Of a stretch of 64,000 nt of DNA, positions 47,451 to 59,000 are shown in pieces; the stretch's first letter is position 1, and each line of letters starts with the position of its first letter. Source of the stretch: Nitrosopumilus sp. (lineage in GTDB: Archaea > Thermoproteota > Nitrososphaeria > Nitrososphaerales > Nitrosopumilaceae); assembly GCA_965218695.1 (NCBI GenBank), contig OZ244651.1:2395687-2459686 (forward strand). Direction: 5' to 3'. Under the pieces are notes generated by a model. That model was not told the origin of the DNA, did no database searches, and was given only the letters and a program-made list of their open reading frames with translations. Position numbers and translations under genes: made by a program.

Positions 47451-48553
47451 CTGTTTACCTCCGTTACCGCAGAGTTGATCGCATCCTCCAGCGAGTCAAA
47501 TATCCTGGTCCTGGATCCCTCAAGCATCTGGCGCGCCTTGTCAGACTCTGCCCCCTTCAGCCTGGAGAATACCGGCACGTCGATGAGTCCGTTGTCATAC
47601 GCCTGCAGGAACGCCTCTGCTACCACAGACGTCTTGACTATCCCGCCGTAAAGGTTCACCAGGATCCCCTTGACGCGGCCGATCCTGCTTATCAGCGTGA
47701 GCGCCTCATACACGGACTCTGTGGTGGCACCGCCGCCCACGTCCAGAAAGCATGCCGGCCTGCCGCCGTTGTCTGACAGCATGTCAAGGGTCGACATTAC
47801 CAGCCCCGCGCCGTTTCCCACGACGGCGATGTCCCCGTCAAGCTCCACCAGGGAGAATCCGCTCTTTTCGGCCATGCTCTCAATCTCTGACTTTTCCTGG
47901 TACTTTTCCATCTCCGGGTGCCTAAAGTTGCCGTTGTCGTCTGTGACAAACTTGCCGTCCAGTGCCATCACGGTGCCGTCTTGCATGATTGCAAGCGGGT
48001 TTATCTCTGCAAGCTCTGCCTCCTTTTCCACTGCAAGCCTTGACAGTTTCATCAGGGTGTCCACGAATCCGTCTGCGGTAATCCCCGCAAGCCCCATTCG
48101 TTTGGCAATATCTGCTGCAACCTCACCGGACACCTCGCCGAGTCCCACCTCCACTATTATCTGGTTCTTTACCGACTCTATCTCGACTCCGCCGTCTGCA
48201 GAGGCAATCACCGTATAGCACCTCTTGGAACGGTTCAGAAACAGCGAAAGGTACAGTTCCTTTTTGATGTCGGCCATCTTTTCTAGCAGTATGGCCCTTG
48301 CCTTCTCCCCCTTGATCGTCAGGCCCATAACCTGCGGGTACCGCAGCTCAAACTCGTCGGGGTTGTGGCATCTCTGTATCCCCCCTGCCTTGCCTCGTCC
48401 GCCCACCGGGACCTGGATCTTTATCACAAACGGGTACCCCAACTCCTTTGCGTGCACCCTGCCGTCTGCTATGTCATTTGAGGCCCTGCTCTCAAGCAGG
48501 TTGATTCCGTACTCGCGAAAGAGCTCCTTTGCCTGGAATTCAAGTAGGCGCAT
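47447..48553 (-). CDS. sucC: Succinyl-CoA synthetase beta subunit
   Basis: MRLLEFQAKELF, GGRGKAGG, EINPL, NGAGL.M.T.D, FLDVGGG. Confidence 0.96.
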   Translation of the reverse strand: MRLLEFQAKELFREYGINLLESRASNDIADGRVHAKELGYPFVIKIQVPVGGRGKAGGIQRCHNPDEFELRYPQVMGLTIKGEKARAILLEKMADIKKELYLSLFLNRSKRCYTVIASADGGVEIESVKNQIIVEVGLGEVSGEVAADIAKRMGLAGITADGFVDTLMKLSRLAVEKEAELAEINPLAIMQDGTVMALDGKFVTDDNGNFRHPEMEKYQEKSEIESMAEKSGFSLVELDGDIAVVGNGAGLVMSTLDMLSDNGGRPACFLDVGGGATTESVYEALTLISRIGRVKGILVNLYGGIVKTSVVAEAFLQAYDNGLIDVPVFSRLKGAESDKARQMLEGSRTRIFDSLEDAINSAVTEVNS

Positions 48554-48584
48554 GCAAAAATACTCAATTGTCGGCATTTATTAA

Positions 48585-48923
48585 CTATGATACCTTGGCC
48601 AAGTGCTCCTCGAGGGTGTCCACGACCTCCTGGAACAGGTCCGTGCTCTTTTGCTGGAGCGTCTTGGAGTACTCCTCAAGCGTAAAGGCCTGCTGCTGGC
48701 GAAAGGTCGGGACGATCATTCCCCCCGACACCACCACCTGCTCTATCACGTGGCGCGAGGTAAGGGAGCAGACGATCTCCTCGTATGCGTCATCCTCCTC
48801 CTCCAGCGTCTGCCGGTACAGTATGATGGGCATGCCCGTCCTTTTGACTATCTCGGATCCCGCCCCCAGCAGTTCCAAAAGATGGTTAACCTGAAATGCG
48901 TCAAGGCTGATCTGTCCAGTCAT
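48585..48923 (-). CDS. Hypothetical protein
   Basis: Clean acidic ORF co-oriented with sucCD and preceded by TTAAATA. Confidence 0.75.
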   Translation of the reverse strand: MTGQISLDAFQVNHLLELLGAGSEIVKRTGMPIILYRQTLEEEDDAYEEIVCSLTSRHVIEQVVVSGGMIVPTFRQQQAFTLEEYSKTLQQKSTDLFQEVVDTLEEHLAKVS

Positions 48924-48992
48924 GCCATCAATACGTGATTTTTCTATTTAAGGGACGAGCCTGCCGTCTGCAGGCGGTGCGGGCCCCCCTTC

Positions 48993-49580
48993 TCAGGCCA
49001 TGTCAAGTGCCCGGGAGTGCCTCTTGGTGTGCGGCCTCTCGCCTGAGTGTCTCCTTCTCATGTGTCCTGAAGGCCTGCCGTACAGCAGTTCCAGAAACCA
49101 CGACTCGTGCTCGATCTCTTCTGCCAGGATGTCTTTTGCAATGTCGTACGTTGCAGGATCCTTTCCCATCGTCATCTTGCAGACCTTGTCCCAGTTGACG
49201 ATCGCCCCCTGTTCTGCCTTGAGGCACTTTTCCAGTATCGCCTTGTGGTCAGTCGGGTTCTTTGGAAGCTGCAGGAACTCGCATCCGGACATCCTGATGA
49301 ACTCGGTGGCATCGTTTGGAAGGGAGCCTCCGAGCTGGTAGATCCTCTCAAGGCACGACTCAAAGTGGCTGAGATCCTCAAGCCTTGCATCCTCGATGAT
49401 TCCCTTGAGGCCCTCCCCGTCCATGCCGGTGCAGTGCGCCCTCAGGTTGGTAAAGTAATAGTACGCGGTAAACTCGACTGAGGCGTTGTGGATAAGGACC
49501 CTCTTGAGTTCGTCCACGTCAAGGCCGTTCTGCTTGAGAATGTTGATTCCGACCACATTCGGCTTCTTTTTACCGGCCAT
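48993..49580 (-). CDS. dps: DPS-like (ferritin superfamily) protein
   Basis: E..AYYY..NLR, EDARLED..HFE, E..AI, EEIEHESWF. Confidence 0.9.
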   Translation of the reverse strand: MAGKKKPNVVGINILKQNGLDVDELKRVLIHNASVEFTAYYYFTNLRAHCTGMDGEGLKGIIEDARLEDLSHFESCLERIYQLGGSLPNDATEFIRMSGCEFLQLPKNPTDHKAILEKCLKAEQGAIVNWDKVCKMTMGKDPATYDIAKDILAEEIEHESWFLELLYGRPSGHMRRRHSGERPHTKRHSRALDMA

Positions 49581-49911
49581 CGTCTCTTCCAGTTTGCGAT
49601 TCTAATAAAAATATGTCGGGGCGGTTCTTGCGGCGCTTTCATACAGACGTGGGCACGCCAGAGAAGGAAAGGTCGACAAGATCCATGACGGCGTGCCAGA
49701 GACCGGAAGGAGTAAGACGGGCAGGCGTCGAGACAAGAACGCATGGCAGCGTGCCAAAACCTGTCAGCAGATAATCAATGGATCCATGGATTGTCGGAGA
49801 GATGAGCAGCATCGAGCCAGAAGAATTTGGGAGTGCGTCCAACCCGCATTGGCCGGGCTTGTGACCGCGACTCGATCTCGTAGCATGCAGACTGGTCAGG
49901 TTCGGTGATCA

Positions 49912-50466
49912 TCATGGGGGCTGGCCAGAGACGTCAGCGACGTACTTTGAGGCAAGATCGTCGAGTATGCCGTCCAGTGCCTCTGCAAACTCCTCGTTCC
50001 CTGACAGCTCCCGGGGCCTTTCAAAGGATACCCTCTTTGACGTTTCACCGTTGGAGATCTCTATATGCACGATCGGCGCGTCCGTCTCCCCGGGCCGCCC
50101 TATAACCTCCGGCAGGGTGCGGAACTTTTCCAAATCAAGCAGGCCCGTCAGATGATCCCACTCCCGCTCTTGGAACGGCAGTTCGACGCGTATTTCAAGG
50201 CATTCAGGCACGCACCTGCTAGTGTAGCTGTGATATACGACCGACTCGGGGGTCAGGGTCATGTCGGCGCCGCAGCGTCCAAGGCATTCGCCTGCCCACC
50301 AGCCGGTCTCAATTACCGTGAGCGGTTTTTCTGCATCCCAGTCATCGGCGAACATTTTGCCGAGACCGGTCACGGTTTCAGGCATGACAGACGGCCCGCC
50401 GGCAAGCACGATCCCGGAAGCTGCAAGCACGGCCAGCGCCAGTCCCAGTACCATGACCTTCTGCAT
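49912..50466 (-). CDS. Secreted hypothetical protein
   Basis: Signal peptide; GECLGRC, G.PG..D motifs. Confidence 0.7.
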   Translation of the reverse strand: MQKVMVLGLALAVLAASGIVLAGGPSVMPETVTGLGKMFADDWDAEKPLTVIETGWWAGECLGRCGADMTLTPESVVYHSYTSRCVPECLEIRVELPFQEREWDHLTGLLDLEKFRTLPEVIGRPGETDAPIVHIEISNGETSKRVSFERPRELSGNEEFAEALDGILDDLASKYVADVSGQPP

Positions 50467-50491
50467 TCAAATGAAGTCGGGTCAGGCGATA

Positions 50492-52063
50492 CTAAAGAGA
50501 TCCATGGCATGATCGTGCCCTTGCACGGGCAGTTCGTCCGTTGGCCGATGAAACAGAAGGGATCGCTGCCGGTTGGCACGCATGCTGCGTCTTGCGTGGC
50601 TGCAAGAGGATACCGTGCGGCTCTGCTGCGACCACTCCCCCGGATGCCGCACTTGCATTCTGCCTGCCGTATGCCACCTTGTGGAACAGGTTGTGGGATG
50701 CTGCTACTGCCAGCGCGGCTACTCCTGCCCCGATAAAGTTTCTCACTGCCGTGTACGGGTCAGGCGGGCTTGCAAGAATGGATGCTTGGAACAGCAGGTG
50801 CGAGTTGTCAAGGAGCCAGAACGCCATGGTAACCCATGCAAGCATGCCGTCCACAAGATACCCGAGCCTGGTCCTGCCGCGCATTGCCACTATCGAAAAG
50901 ACTATTCCTGCATACCACAGCGCAGACAAGGCAAGCCAGACGGGCAGGTACACGTCCGGCCGCGCATCCTGCCAGTAGTACGTTGTACCTACAAGCGCCA
51001 TCGCCACAAGGGCCAGCTGAATCACCACGTGGTTGGCTCCAAAACCGGTTCTCCGCGAGGCGTCTTGCCGTGTCTCGTTTTTTGACTCCCTCTCGGCGGT
51101 CCTGATGGCATCCTCCACCGAATGCAGCTTGAGGGGAACCATCCCGATTATGGAATCGTCTTCTACCACCGTATCGTGCACAAGGCTGTCTATCAGGGGC
51201 CTGGCAAGGGACGCCTTGACCGGCGTGACCAGGTCCACCCAGTAGGAGGACAGGCGGGTGGTCAGGAACGGGATCTGCAGTATGCGCAGACTCCTGCCCA
51301 GATACGCAGAGTATGCCCGCATCATCTCCTCGTATGTGATCTTTTCAGGACCCCCGATCTCAAGTATCCTGCCTTTGGTCTCCTGCGTGGACAGGCATCC
51401 TGTAAGATATTTTATCACGTCCCGTACGTCTATTGGCTGGGCAAGGGACTTTACCCATGACGGGCACACCATTACCGGCAGCCTCTCTACAAGGTACCTG
51501 AGCATCTGGTAGGAGCTTCCCTGCGCGCCTATGATTATTGATGCGCGCAGCTCAGTCACCGGGATCTGGCCGGAGGCCAGCATCTCTCCGACATCCCCCC
51601 GGCTCTGCATGTGCAGGGAGAGATGCGTGCTGCCGTGTACCAGCCCCCCAAGGTAGATTATCCTCCCGACTCCTTCCTCGGATGCCGCCTTGAGGAAGTT
51701 CTGCGCCTGCACGATCTCCCTTGAGGCAAAGTCCTGCCACGTCTTCTTGTCCCCCTCCATGGAATGGAGCAGGTAGTATGCAACGTCGATCCCCTGCATC
51801 GCATGCCTCAGGCTCTCCGGATCAAAGGCGTCTGTCTGGACATACTTTACATTATCCGTATCCGGGATGTCCCTCCTGCTCATCCCTCTTACCGAATACC
51901 CCGATTCTGCCAGTGCCGGGATCAGTCGGGTGCCTATGAATCCGGTAGCTCCGGTAACCAGTACCTGCGTCTTTTTGTCATGGCGCAGGCTTGCAGTCTT
52001 GTTTGTGCCTAGTTCCTGTCCGGATCCTGTATCGTTCATACCCATTTTACACGCATTTGGCAT
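50492..52063 (-). CDS. NAD(P)-dependent epimerase/SDR (YbjT-like) with C-terminal membrane domain
   Basis: LVTGATGFIG, AYYLLHSM, LRASIIIG, QPI...DV, LIDSL. Confidence 0.88.
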   Translation of the reverse strand: MPNACKMGMNDTGSGQELGTNKTASLRHDKKTQVLVTGATGFIGTRLIPALAESGYSVRGMSRRDIPDTDNVKYVQTDAFDPESLRHAMQGIDVAYYLLHSMEGDKKTWQDFASREIVQAQNFLKAASEEGVGRIIYLGGLVHGSTHLSLHMQSRGDVGEMLASGQIPVTELRASIIIGAQGSSYQMLRYLVERLPVMVCPSWVKSLAQPIDVRDVIKYLTGCLSTQETKGRILEIGGPEKITYEEMMRAYSAYLGRSLRILQIPFLTTRLSSYWVDLVTPVKASLARPLIDSLVHDTVVEDDSIIGMVPLKLHSVEDAIRTAERESKNETRQDASRRTGFGANHVVIQLALVAMALVGTTYYWQDARPDVYLPVWLALSALWYAGIVFSIVAMRGRTRLGYLVDGMLAWVTMAFWLLDNSHLLFQASILASPPDPYTAVRNFIGAGVAALAVAASHNLFHKVAYGRQNASAASGGVVAAEPHGILLQPRKTQHACQPAAIPSVSSANGRTARARARSCHGSL

Positions 52064-52212
52064 ATAGTGGTGGGGCGTTTTCGTGTCGGTGCCGGTATTT
52101 TCCCACGTCCCACGATCATAATGGGTTCAATTCCACGTTCAGGTATTGCATCAGGGGATAAGAAAACCGGTGTGGTTTTTTGCCTTGCGTGCTATCCAGA
52201 ACGGGCGTACCG

Positions 52213-55200
52213 TCAGGAGTTCTCAAGCACGTATGAGATGGCAGTGACAAACTCGTCCAGGCTAATCTTGTCCTTTGAGAACATGGTTCCCAGATGCGTC
52301 ATCGTCCAGTCCGGAAGGTCTCCGTCGGATTCCAGACCGAGTGCCGCAAGGAGTTCCTTATCGGTTGCAGACTCTGATGCAAACCCGGACCACATGCGGA
52401 TTATCGTTTCAGGCGTGTTTTGGTCTTTTGCTGTTGTTGCACTGTCAAGTTCAGTCACGGGATCCTCAACGGGTTCTGGATCCACATCAGGCTCGGTTAC
52501 AGATTCCGGGTCTGCCTCGGACTCGGGTTCGGCCGCCACCGCCTCGGATGCAGGCGTTACCACCTCGAATGCATCTAGGACTCGTACGATCGTAGAGGAC
52601 GCATCGGTGTTCCAGGTCCGGATTACGAGGTTGGTCTGTTCCATCTCGCCTTCAAACGTGATGACAAATGCGACTACGTGTCTTAGCGAATCTGCCTTGC
52701 TGGTATTGATGGAGACTGTGGCATCTGAGATGAGATCGTGCGGGTCGACTATGCGGATGTTGCCCATGTCATACGTGACATACGTGTCGCTATCCCGATA
52801 TTCGGTGTCCTGTCCGTGCAGGTTCATGTACAGGGTAAAGTGTGCTATGTCGGCACGATCATACACGGCAAAGCTGATGGCGTTGGGGACTCCGGTCAGG
52901 AGGGTCTGGGGTTCCAGCGTGTTCAGGCTGCCGCCCAGCAGGTAGCGGCTGTCGTTTATGGTCATTACAAAGTCAAACTCGTCATCTGCGTTCATGGGGG
53001 CAATGGGTGCAAGCGGATCATGCGGCTTTATGGTGCTGTTAAGGAAATCCATATAGCCCAACGACTGTAGAGAAGTAAGATCCACTGCCGGCGTGGATGA
53101 TGATGAGGAGGAGGAGCGCTTGCGCGACTGCTTGTTTATCGGCTCGTCAAAGCTGACTAGAAAATTGCCCTCTCCATCTGCAATCCTGCCCGAACCTCCT
53201 TCATAGCGGAGCCTCGGGGCCTCGTCGTCTGGTATCGGGTCGTCTAGTTCCAGCGTGATGGTGGATCCGGATACGGTAACTGCCAGCACTGTAATTGGCA
53301 TCGTGCTGTTGACAGAAAAGTCGCCTGATCCGGTACTGCCCAGTACAACGGCCTCAGACAGCCTGACGTAGACGGTGCCGGAGTTGTCTATCGTGACAGA
53401 ACGCACCGTCGGAGCCGTAGTGTCAAGGGTGTTTTGCACTGCCTTGTCAAAGCTTGCAAGGGGCTTGCCTCGGAGATCCTTTATGGAGCCGTCGGCGTCG
53501 TTGTAAACCAGCCGGGGAGAGTCAGAATCAAGCATGCCGCCAGACAGGGTCAGCGTGGCTATATCATCAAGAGACTCGACGCTGCGTATGGAGATGGAAG
53601 AGTCGGACACGACGTCAGATATGGTAAATCCGGCAGTAGTGGTCACGCTCTGCACAGCCTCAGACATGGTCATGATTATGGTGTCAGTCTCTCCTGTCTC
53701 AATGGAGACGACGTACGGTGCGACATCCACATTGACGACAACTCGCAAGGTGGCAGTCGCAGCGTTGTTGGAATTGTCAGTACAGGTATAGGTCACAGTG
53801 TACGTGGCCGGGATGCTTGGATCTACCGTGTCAGAAGTGGTAGCAGTCAGGGAGCCGTCAACGTCGTCAGCACACGTGGCCACAGGAGTGGAGTACTGGT
53901 CACCCTCAGTTATTGTCAGCGGGTTGTCTCCCGGGATGTCGATGACAGGCCGTGTGCTGTCAGGCGTGACAGTAACGCTCTGAGTTGCAGTCACCCTGTT
54001 GCTAGAACTGTCAGTACAGGTGTAGGTCACAGTCTGCGGACCCAGGATGTTTGTATCTACTGCAGTATGCGTGAGAGTCGGGGAGGCATCAACGTCGTCA
54101 GTACACGTGGCAGACGGGGTGAATGTTGCGCCTTGGCTTACTGTTACCGGACCGGTGTTACGAATGACAGGGTCGATGTAGTTAGGAGGAGTCAGACCGA
54201 TTTGGATATCCTTGCTGTAACTAAGCGAACCGACGCTGCCTGGTTGAGGCAGTGTTATGGTATCAACGAGGGTACCGTTAGAATACCCCAATCTCTTAGA
54301 GCTGAAATGAAGTGCGTCCGTTCCAGCATATGCAAGATCAGGAGAATAATCGCCCTTCCTCACACTATACTCGAAGATCAGGGCCTGGCTTGTCGATTCC
54401 TTGTATACTGCACGCGCAGGCGGATCGGTGTCCAGTGCAATGAATGGCAAAAGCGGGTTTACGGGTCCTGCAGGATTTGTAATGTCGATTATCTGGACGC
54501 CGCTGTCGGAGCTAGATGCGACCAGGGCGTAATGACTGCTTCCAATACGAGTAGTCGTGACAGAACGCGCCCCGAGAAGTTCGTCAAAGCCGCCTGAGCC
54601 GTCAGTTATGTTGGCAGTTGCCACGGGGCTGGCAGGGGTGCTTATGTCGATTATCTGGACGCCGCTGTCGAAATCAGCTGCGACCAGGGCGTAATGATTG
54701 CCTCCGATTTGGGTCGTCGTGACAGAACGCGCCCCGCCAAGTACGCCAAAACCTCCCGAGTCGTCAGTTATGCTGGCAGTTGCCACGGGGCTGGCAGGGG
54801 TGCTTATGTCGATTATCTGGACGCCGCCGCTGATGGAGCTAGATGCGACCAGGGCGTAATGCTTGCCTCCGATTTGGGTCGTCGTGACAGAATATGCATC
54901 CTCAAGTACGTCAAAGCCGCCTGAGCCGTCAGTTATGTTGGCAGTTGCCACGGGGCGGGCAGGGGTGCTTATGTCGATTATCTGGACGCCGTCGTCGTTG
55001 CTAGATGCGACCAGGGCGTAATGACTGCTTCCAATACGAGTAGTCGTGACAGAACGCGGGTCGGAAAGGACGCCAAAGCCGTCTGAACTGCTAGTAATGT
55101 TGGCAGTTGCCACGGGGCTGGCAGGATTGGTTATGTCGATTATCTGGACGCCAGGATTATTGTAGTAGGATGCGACCAGGGCGTAGTGGCGGTTTCCAAT

Positions 55201-55779
55201 TTGGGTCGTCGTGATGGAATATGCACCGCCAAGTACGCCAAAGCCGTCTGAGCCGTCAGTTATGTTGGCAGTTGCCACGGGGCGGGCAGGGGTGCTTATG
55301 TCGATTATCTGGACGCCGTCGTCAAAATCAGCTGCGACCAGGGCGTAGTGACGGTTTCCAATTTGGGTCGTCGTGACGGAGGCTGGACGGTAAAGTTCGC
55401 CAAAGCCGTCTGAGCCGTCAGTTATGTTGGCAGTTGCCACGGGGCGGGCAGGATTGGTTATGTCGATTATCTGGACGCCGCCGCTGTTGGTGCCGTAAGC
55501 TGCGACCAGGGCGTAATGTTTGCCTCCGATTTGGGTCGTCGTGACAGAATATGCCTGCTCGAGTGCGCCAAAACCGTGTCTGCCATCAACGATATTGAAT
55601 TCTTCAAAGGTTGGGCTCTCTGAAAGTATCATCCTGACATCAATGAACCCCTCCGTGTAGGTGCCGTTGGCAGTATCAGAGGTTACGTTTGCCGACACCT
55701 GTGCGTGGGCAGACCCAACCCCCACAGAGAGTACCCCAAGGCAGAGTAGGGCAAGCAGACTGGGGTTCATGTATAACAT
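52213..55779 (-). CDS. Large surface protein: signal peptide, 7 LVIVD-type beta-propeller repeats, Ig-like (DUF5011/HYR-like) domains, thaumarchaeal C-terminal anchor-like domain
   Basis: Seven HYALVA...GVQIID repeats; two TC.DDVD...VTYTCTD domains; LPDW...F..AISY tail; start at 55779 or 55770. Confidence 0.9.
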   Translation of the reverse strand: MLYMNPSLLALLCLGVLSVGVGSAHAQVSANVTSDTANGTYTEGFIDVRMILSESPTFEEFNIVDGRHGFGALEQAYSVTTTQIGGKHYALVAAYGTNSGGVQIIDITNPARPVATANITDGSDGFGELYRPASVTTTQIGNRHYALVAADFDDGVQIIDISTPARPVATANITDGSDGFGVLGGAYSITTTQIGNRHYALVASYYNNPGVQIIDITNPASPVATANITSSSDGFGVLSDPRSVTTTRIGSSHYALVASSNDDGVQIIDISTPARPVATANITDGSGGFDVLEDAYSVTTTQIGGKHYALVASSSISGGVQIIDISTPASPVATASITDDSGGFGVLGGARSVTTTQIGGNHYALVAADFDSGVQIIDISTPASPVATANITDGSGGFDELLGARSVTTTRIGSSHYALVASSSDSGVQIIDITNPAGPVNPLLPFIALDTDPPARAVYKESTSQALIFEYSVRKGDYSPDLAYAGTDALHFSSKRLGYSNGTLVDTITLPQPGSVGSLSYSKDIQIGLTPPNYIDPVIRNTGPVTVSQGATFTPSATCTDDVDASPTLTHTAVDTNILGPQTVTYTCTDSSSNRVTATQSVTVTPDSTRPVIDIPGDNPLTITEGDQYSTPVATCADDVDGSLTATTSDTVDPSIPATYTVTYTCTDNSNNAATATLRVVVNVDVAPYVVSIETGETDTIIMTMSEAVQSVTTTAGFTISDVVSDSSISIRSVESLDDIATLTLSGGMLDSDSPRLVYNDADGSIKDLRGKPLASFDKAVQNTLDTTAPTVRSVTIDNSGTVYVRLSEAVVLGSTGSGDFSVNSTMPITVLAVTVSGSTITLELDDPIPDDEAPRLRYEGGSGRIADGEGNFLVSFDEPINKQSRKRSSSSSSSTPAVDLTSLQSLGYMDFLNSTIKPHDPLAPIAPMNADDEFDFVMTINDSRYLLGGSLNTLEPQTLLTGVPNAISFAVYDRADIAHFTLYMNLHGQDTEYRDSDTYVTYDMGNIRIVDPHDLISDATVSINTSKADSLRHVVAFVITFEGEMEQTNLVIRTWNTDASSTIVRVLDAFEVVTPASEAVAAEPESEADPESVTEPDVDPEPVEDPVTELDSATTAKDQNTPETIIRMWSGFASESATDKELLAALGLESDGDLPDWTMTHLGTMFSKDKISLDEFVTAISYVLENS
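54470..55580 (-). repeat. Seven coding repeats of about 162-168 bp
   Basis: ATGTCGATTATCTGGACGCC and GCGACCAGGGCGTA recur seven times. Confidence 0.93.
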
Positions 55780-55868
55780 GGCACCCCTGTGTCGCTTGCG
55801 TGACAAAACACAAATTTGTTTAATAAATTCATTTACAGTATTTTCAAGAATAAAATAGTCTAATAAGT

Positions 55869-55934
55869 CTATATATTTCATATATATTCATATATCATAT
55901 ATATTCATATATCATATATATTCATATATCATAC
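55869..55934. repeat. Degenerate CATATAT(A/T)-type AT-rich tandem repeat
   Basis: atatatttcatatatattcatatatatcatatattcatatatcatatatattcatatatcatac. Confidence 0.85.
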
Positions 55935-56044
55935 AAAAATTATGCATCTGAGAATACTCAGACACGCTATGCAATGCTACTTCAAGATACATGGGACCGG
56001 GGAGCCGTCTGCAGCGATGCGCAGTTTCCTGTTGCTACCGCCGC

Positions 56045-59000
56045 TTATTCCACCGAGATTCTGATGGTCTGGCCGTCAATGTCTGCCTCCTTGTACTCGT
56101 GACAGGAGTCGTCAAAGCAGACTCGCCTGACCCGGACCAAAAACGCTAGCTCCTGCGATCTCTCCTTGAGCATCTCAGAGGATTCTGAGTCCAGGCCCAG
56201 TATGCATGCCACGTCCAGGAGATCAGTGGGGTTGTGCCCCCTCTCCTTTCTCAGAGTCTGCAGTCGCCGCGCGACGTCCTTGACCAGTCCCCTTGCCATC
56301 ATGTCGCGATTTCGCGTAGCCGAGACAAACACCGCATAGCCGTCCCGTCCGGACATGGCATAGCCGCCGTCGGCGTCAGGGTCAACAATAAAGTCTGCAG
56401 CGTCAAGTGATATGGTGCTGCCGTCAATCTCAAAGTCGTATACGGAGTGATCCTGAAGGGACTCGACTATATCCCAGGGGTCGGTTCGCTCAAACCTTGC
56501 AAGAAGTTTTGGCATGTGCTGTCGCGCTTTTGGTCCTATCCTCTTTCGCTCTAGGCTCACTGTTGCCCGTACGGGCATCCCCAGCCGTCGCATCTCGAGT
56601 ACCCGTTCCGGTCCCGATTCGGACTGCACCTCTACGATGCTGATCTTCTCGACGTTCAGCTGCGACTGCAAAAGATCCAAGAGCGGCTCCAGCCTCTTCT
56701 TCTGGCCCGGCCTGACGCAGATCTTGGCCTCGTCCAGCGGCCACCTCCTCTTGAGTCTTCCCTTCATGCGTGCAGCAGCTGCCACTGACACCACGCTTCG
56801 TACCGCCTCAAAGGACTCCTCCAGGGAATCATCGACTAGGGACGGATCGTATGACGGCCATGACTCAAGCAACAGACTGGGTCCTGCCTCAAATACTGTC
56901 CGGTACAGGTACTCGCTGGTAAAGGGACAGAACGGATGAATCAGGACGTCCAGCGTCTCAAGCACCCTGCCCAGCACGGCATACACTGCCATCCTCCTGT
57001 CCTTTTTTGCATCATCCTCGTCCCACAGCTCCCCGCGCGTCATGGGGATGTACGTCTGGCTGAGTGTGTTGATGAGGTAGTCGTCGATGGCCCGCGCGCT
57101 CTCGTGGAACCTGCAGGACTCGTTTCTGGCAGTGACAGTCCGGATCAGCTTCTGGAGCTTGGAGAGCAGCCAGATGTCAGGCGGCATCAGCAGGCCGTTT
57201 TTCTGCGCCCAGGACAGGTTGTTTGACTCCCCAAAGCCGTCATACCTGCTGTTCTGCCGGAAGTAGAGGTGCAGGTTGAACAGGGTGCTGATGATCTGGT
57301 ACGGCCGCGAGACCATCTCGTCTGTGTCAAAGCTGAGCGGCTCTATCGGGCTTGCCTTCCACATAAAGTAGAGCCGGATGAGATCCGCGGGGTATCGGGC
57401 CAGCAGTTCTGCGCCGTCCAGTACGTTGCCCTTGCTCTTGCTCATCTTTCCGCCGTTCTTGTCCAGTACGTGCCCCTGGAAGAGAAACGACTTGTATGGC
57501 GCGACCGGTGCGCCCCGGAGTATTACGTTTTCAATCAGCAGCGTGTAGGCCCACCCCCGGGTCTGGTCGATTCCCTCGGTGAAGAACGGTCCCGGAATCT
57601 CTTCTGAATATTCCGAGTCGGTAAGCGACGAGTACGGTGCGGCGCCGCTGTTGTGCCACGTGTCCAGGACAAACTCCTCCCTTTTGGTGTTGGTGCCCCC
57701 GCAGCCTGAGCACCTTGTAGTGATACGGTCAATCCACGGCCTGTGCAGCTCAAAGTCGGGGCCGTCGGGAAGGTCGGATGCTGCATCGACTATCTCCTGG
57801 CGCGTAAAGAACCAGTTCTTCTTGTTACAGTCCATGCAGTCCCATACTGGCAGCGGGCAGCCCCACACCCTCTCCCTTGAGATGCACCACGGGTGCCTCT
57901 CCTTGATTATTCCAAGGAACCGGTTCCTTGGCTGCTCAAAGAAATACTCCACTGCCCGTGCGGCATCGACTGCCATGTCCTCCAGCCTGTCCAGCTTGTA
58001 AAACCACCCCCGCCTGGCAAGCCACACGATCGGATGGTGCGACCTCCAGCAGAGCGGATACTTGTGCTTTATGCGGCCAATCTTTACCAGGGCGCCGCGC
58101 TCCTTGAGATCCTGCACTATCACGTTATCTGCATCCCTGACAAACATCCCGGAGTACTTGCCTGCATCTGACGTGAATCTTACCTCGTCATTAATGGGAC
58201 TGAACACCTTGACGCGGCGCCTGTTTGCAATCTTGATGTCCTCTTCTCCGTTTGCAGGAGAGAGGTGCACCAGGCCGCTGCCGGCACTGGCATCGACAAA
58301 CGGCTCAGATACCGTAACATGAAAGTTTTCGGCCTCTTCGGCACACGCTGCAAGACCCGGAATGACATCAAGGAGGGGATGCACGTACCTTCTTCCCTCA
58401 AGGGCAGAGCCTAGGACGGTCCTGCCAGGGGCGTACTGTTTCACGCCGGCCTCGGCCATAAACCCCTCAAGCCGGGTCTTTCCCACTATCCATGTCTCCC
58501 GGCCCACCTTGACGCGGACGTACTCCTCGTCCGGATGCAGTCCCACCATGGCATCGGTGACCAGCGTAAACGGCATGGTCGTCCACACTATCAGAAATAC
58601 ACCTTCCTCGTCTGCAAGCCTGACCTTGTAGTACAGGGACGGATCCCGGACCTCCTCGTACCCCTGGTTCACCTCTGCGTGGCTCAGCGACGTCTGGCAG
58701 CTCGGGCAGTATGCAATCACCGTGTAGTCCTCGTCAAGTATGCCGCCCTCAAGGGCCCTTTTCAGTACCTGCCACTCCCGTTCGATGAACCCGTCCCGAA
58801 ACGTCCAGTACGCCCTGTCGTGGTCAAGGGAGATGCCAAGGGATCGGTCTGCATCGACCCACGCGGTGTTGTATTTTTCAACCACGCCCTTGCACTCTGC
58901 AACTATCCTCTCTATTCCAAACTTTTTGATGGCCTCGGTCTTTCCGCCTGTCACCCCCAGCTCTTTTTCTGCCTGCAGCTCCACCGGAAGCCCTTGGGTG

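Noticed and set aside
54470-55580. Regularly spaced conserved 20-mers as a CRISPR array or DGR
   Set aside because: They are in-frame protein repeats; there is no reverse transcriptase and no adenine-specific TR/VR pair.
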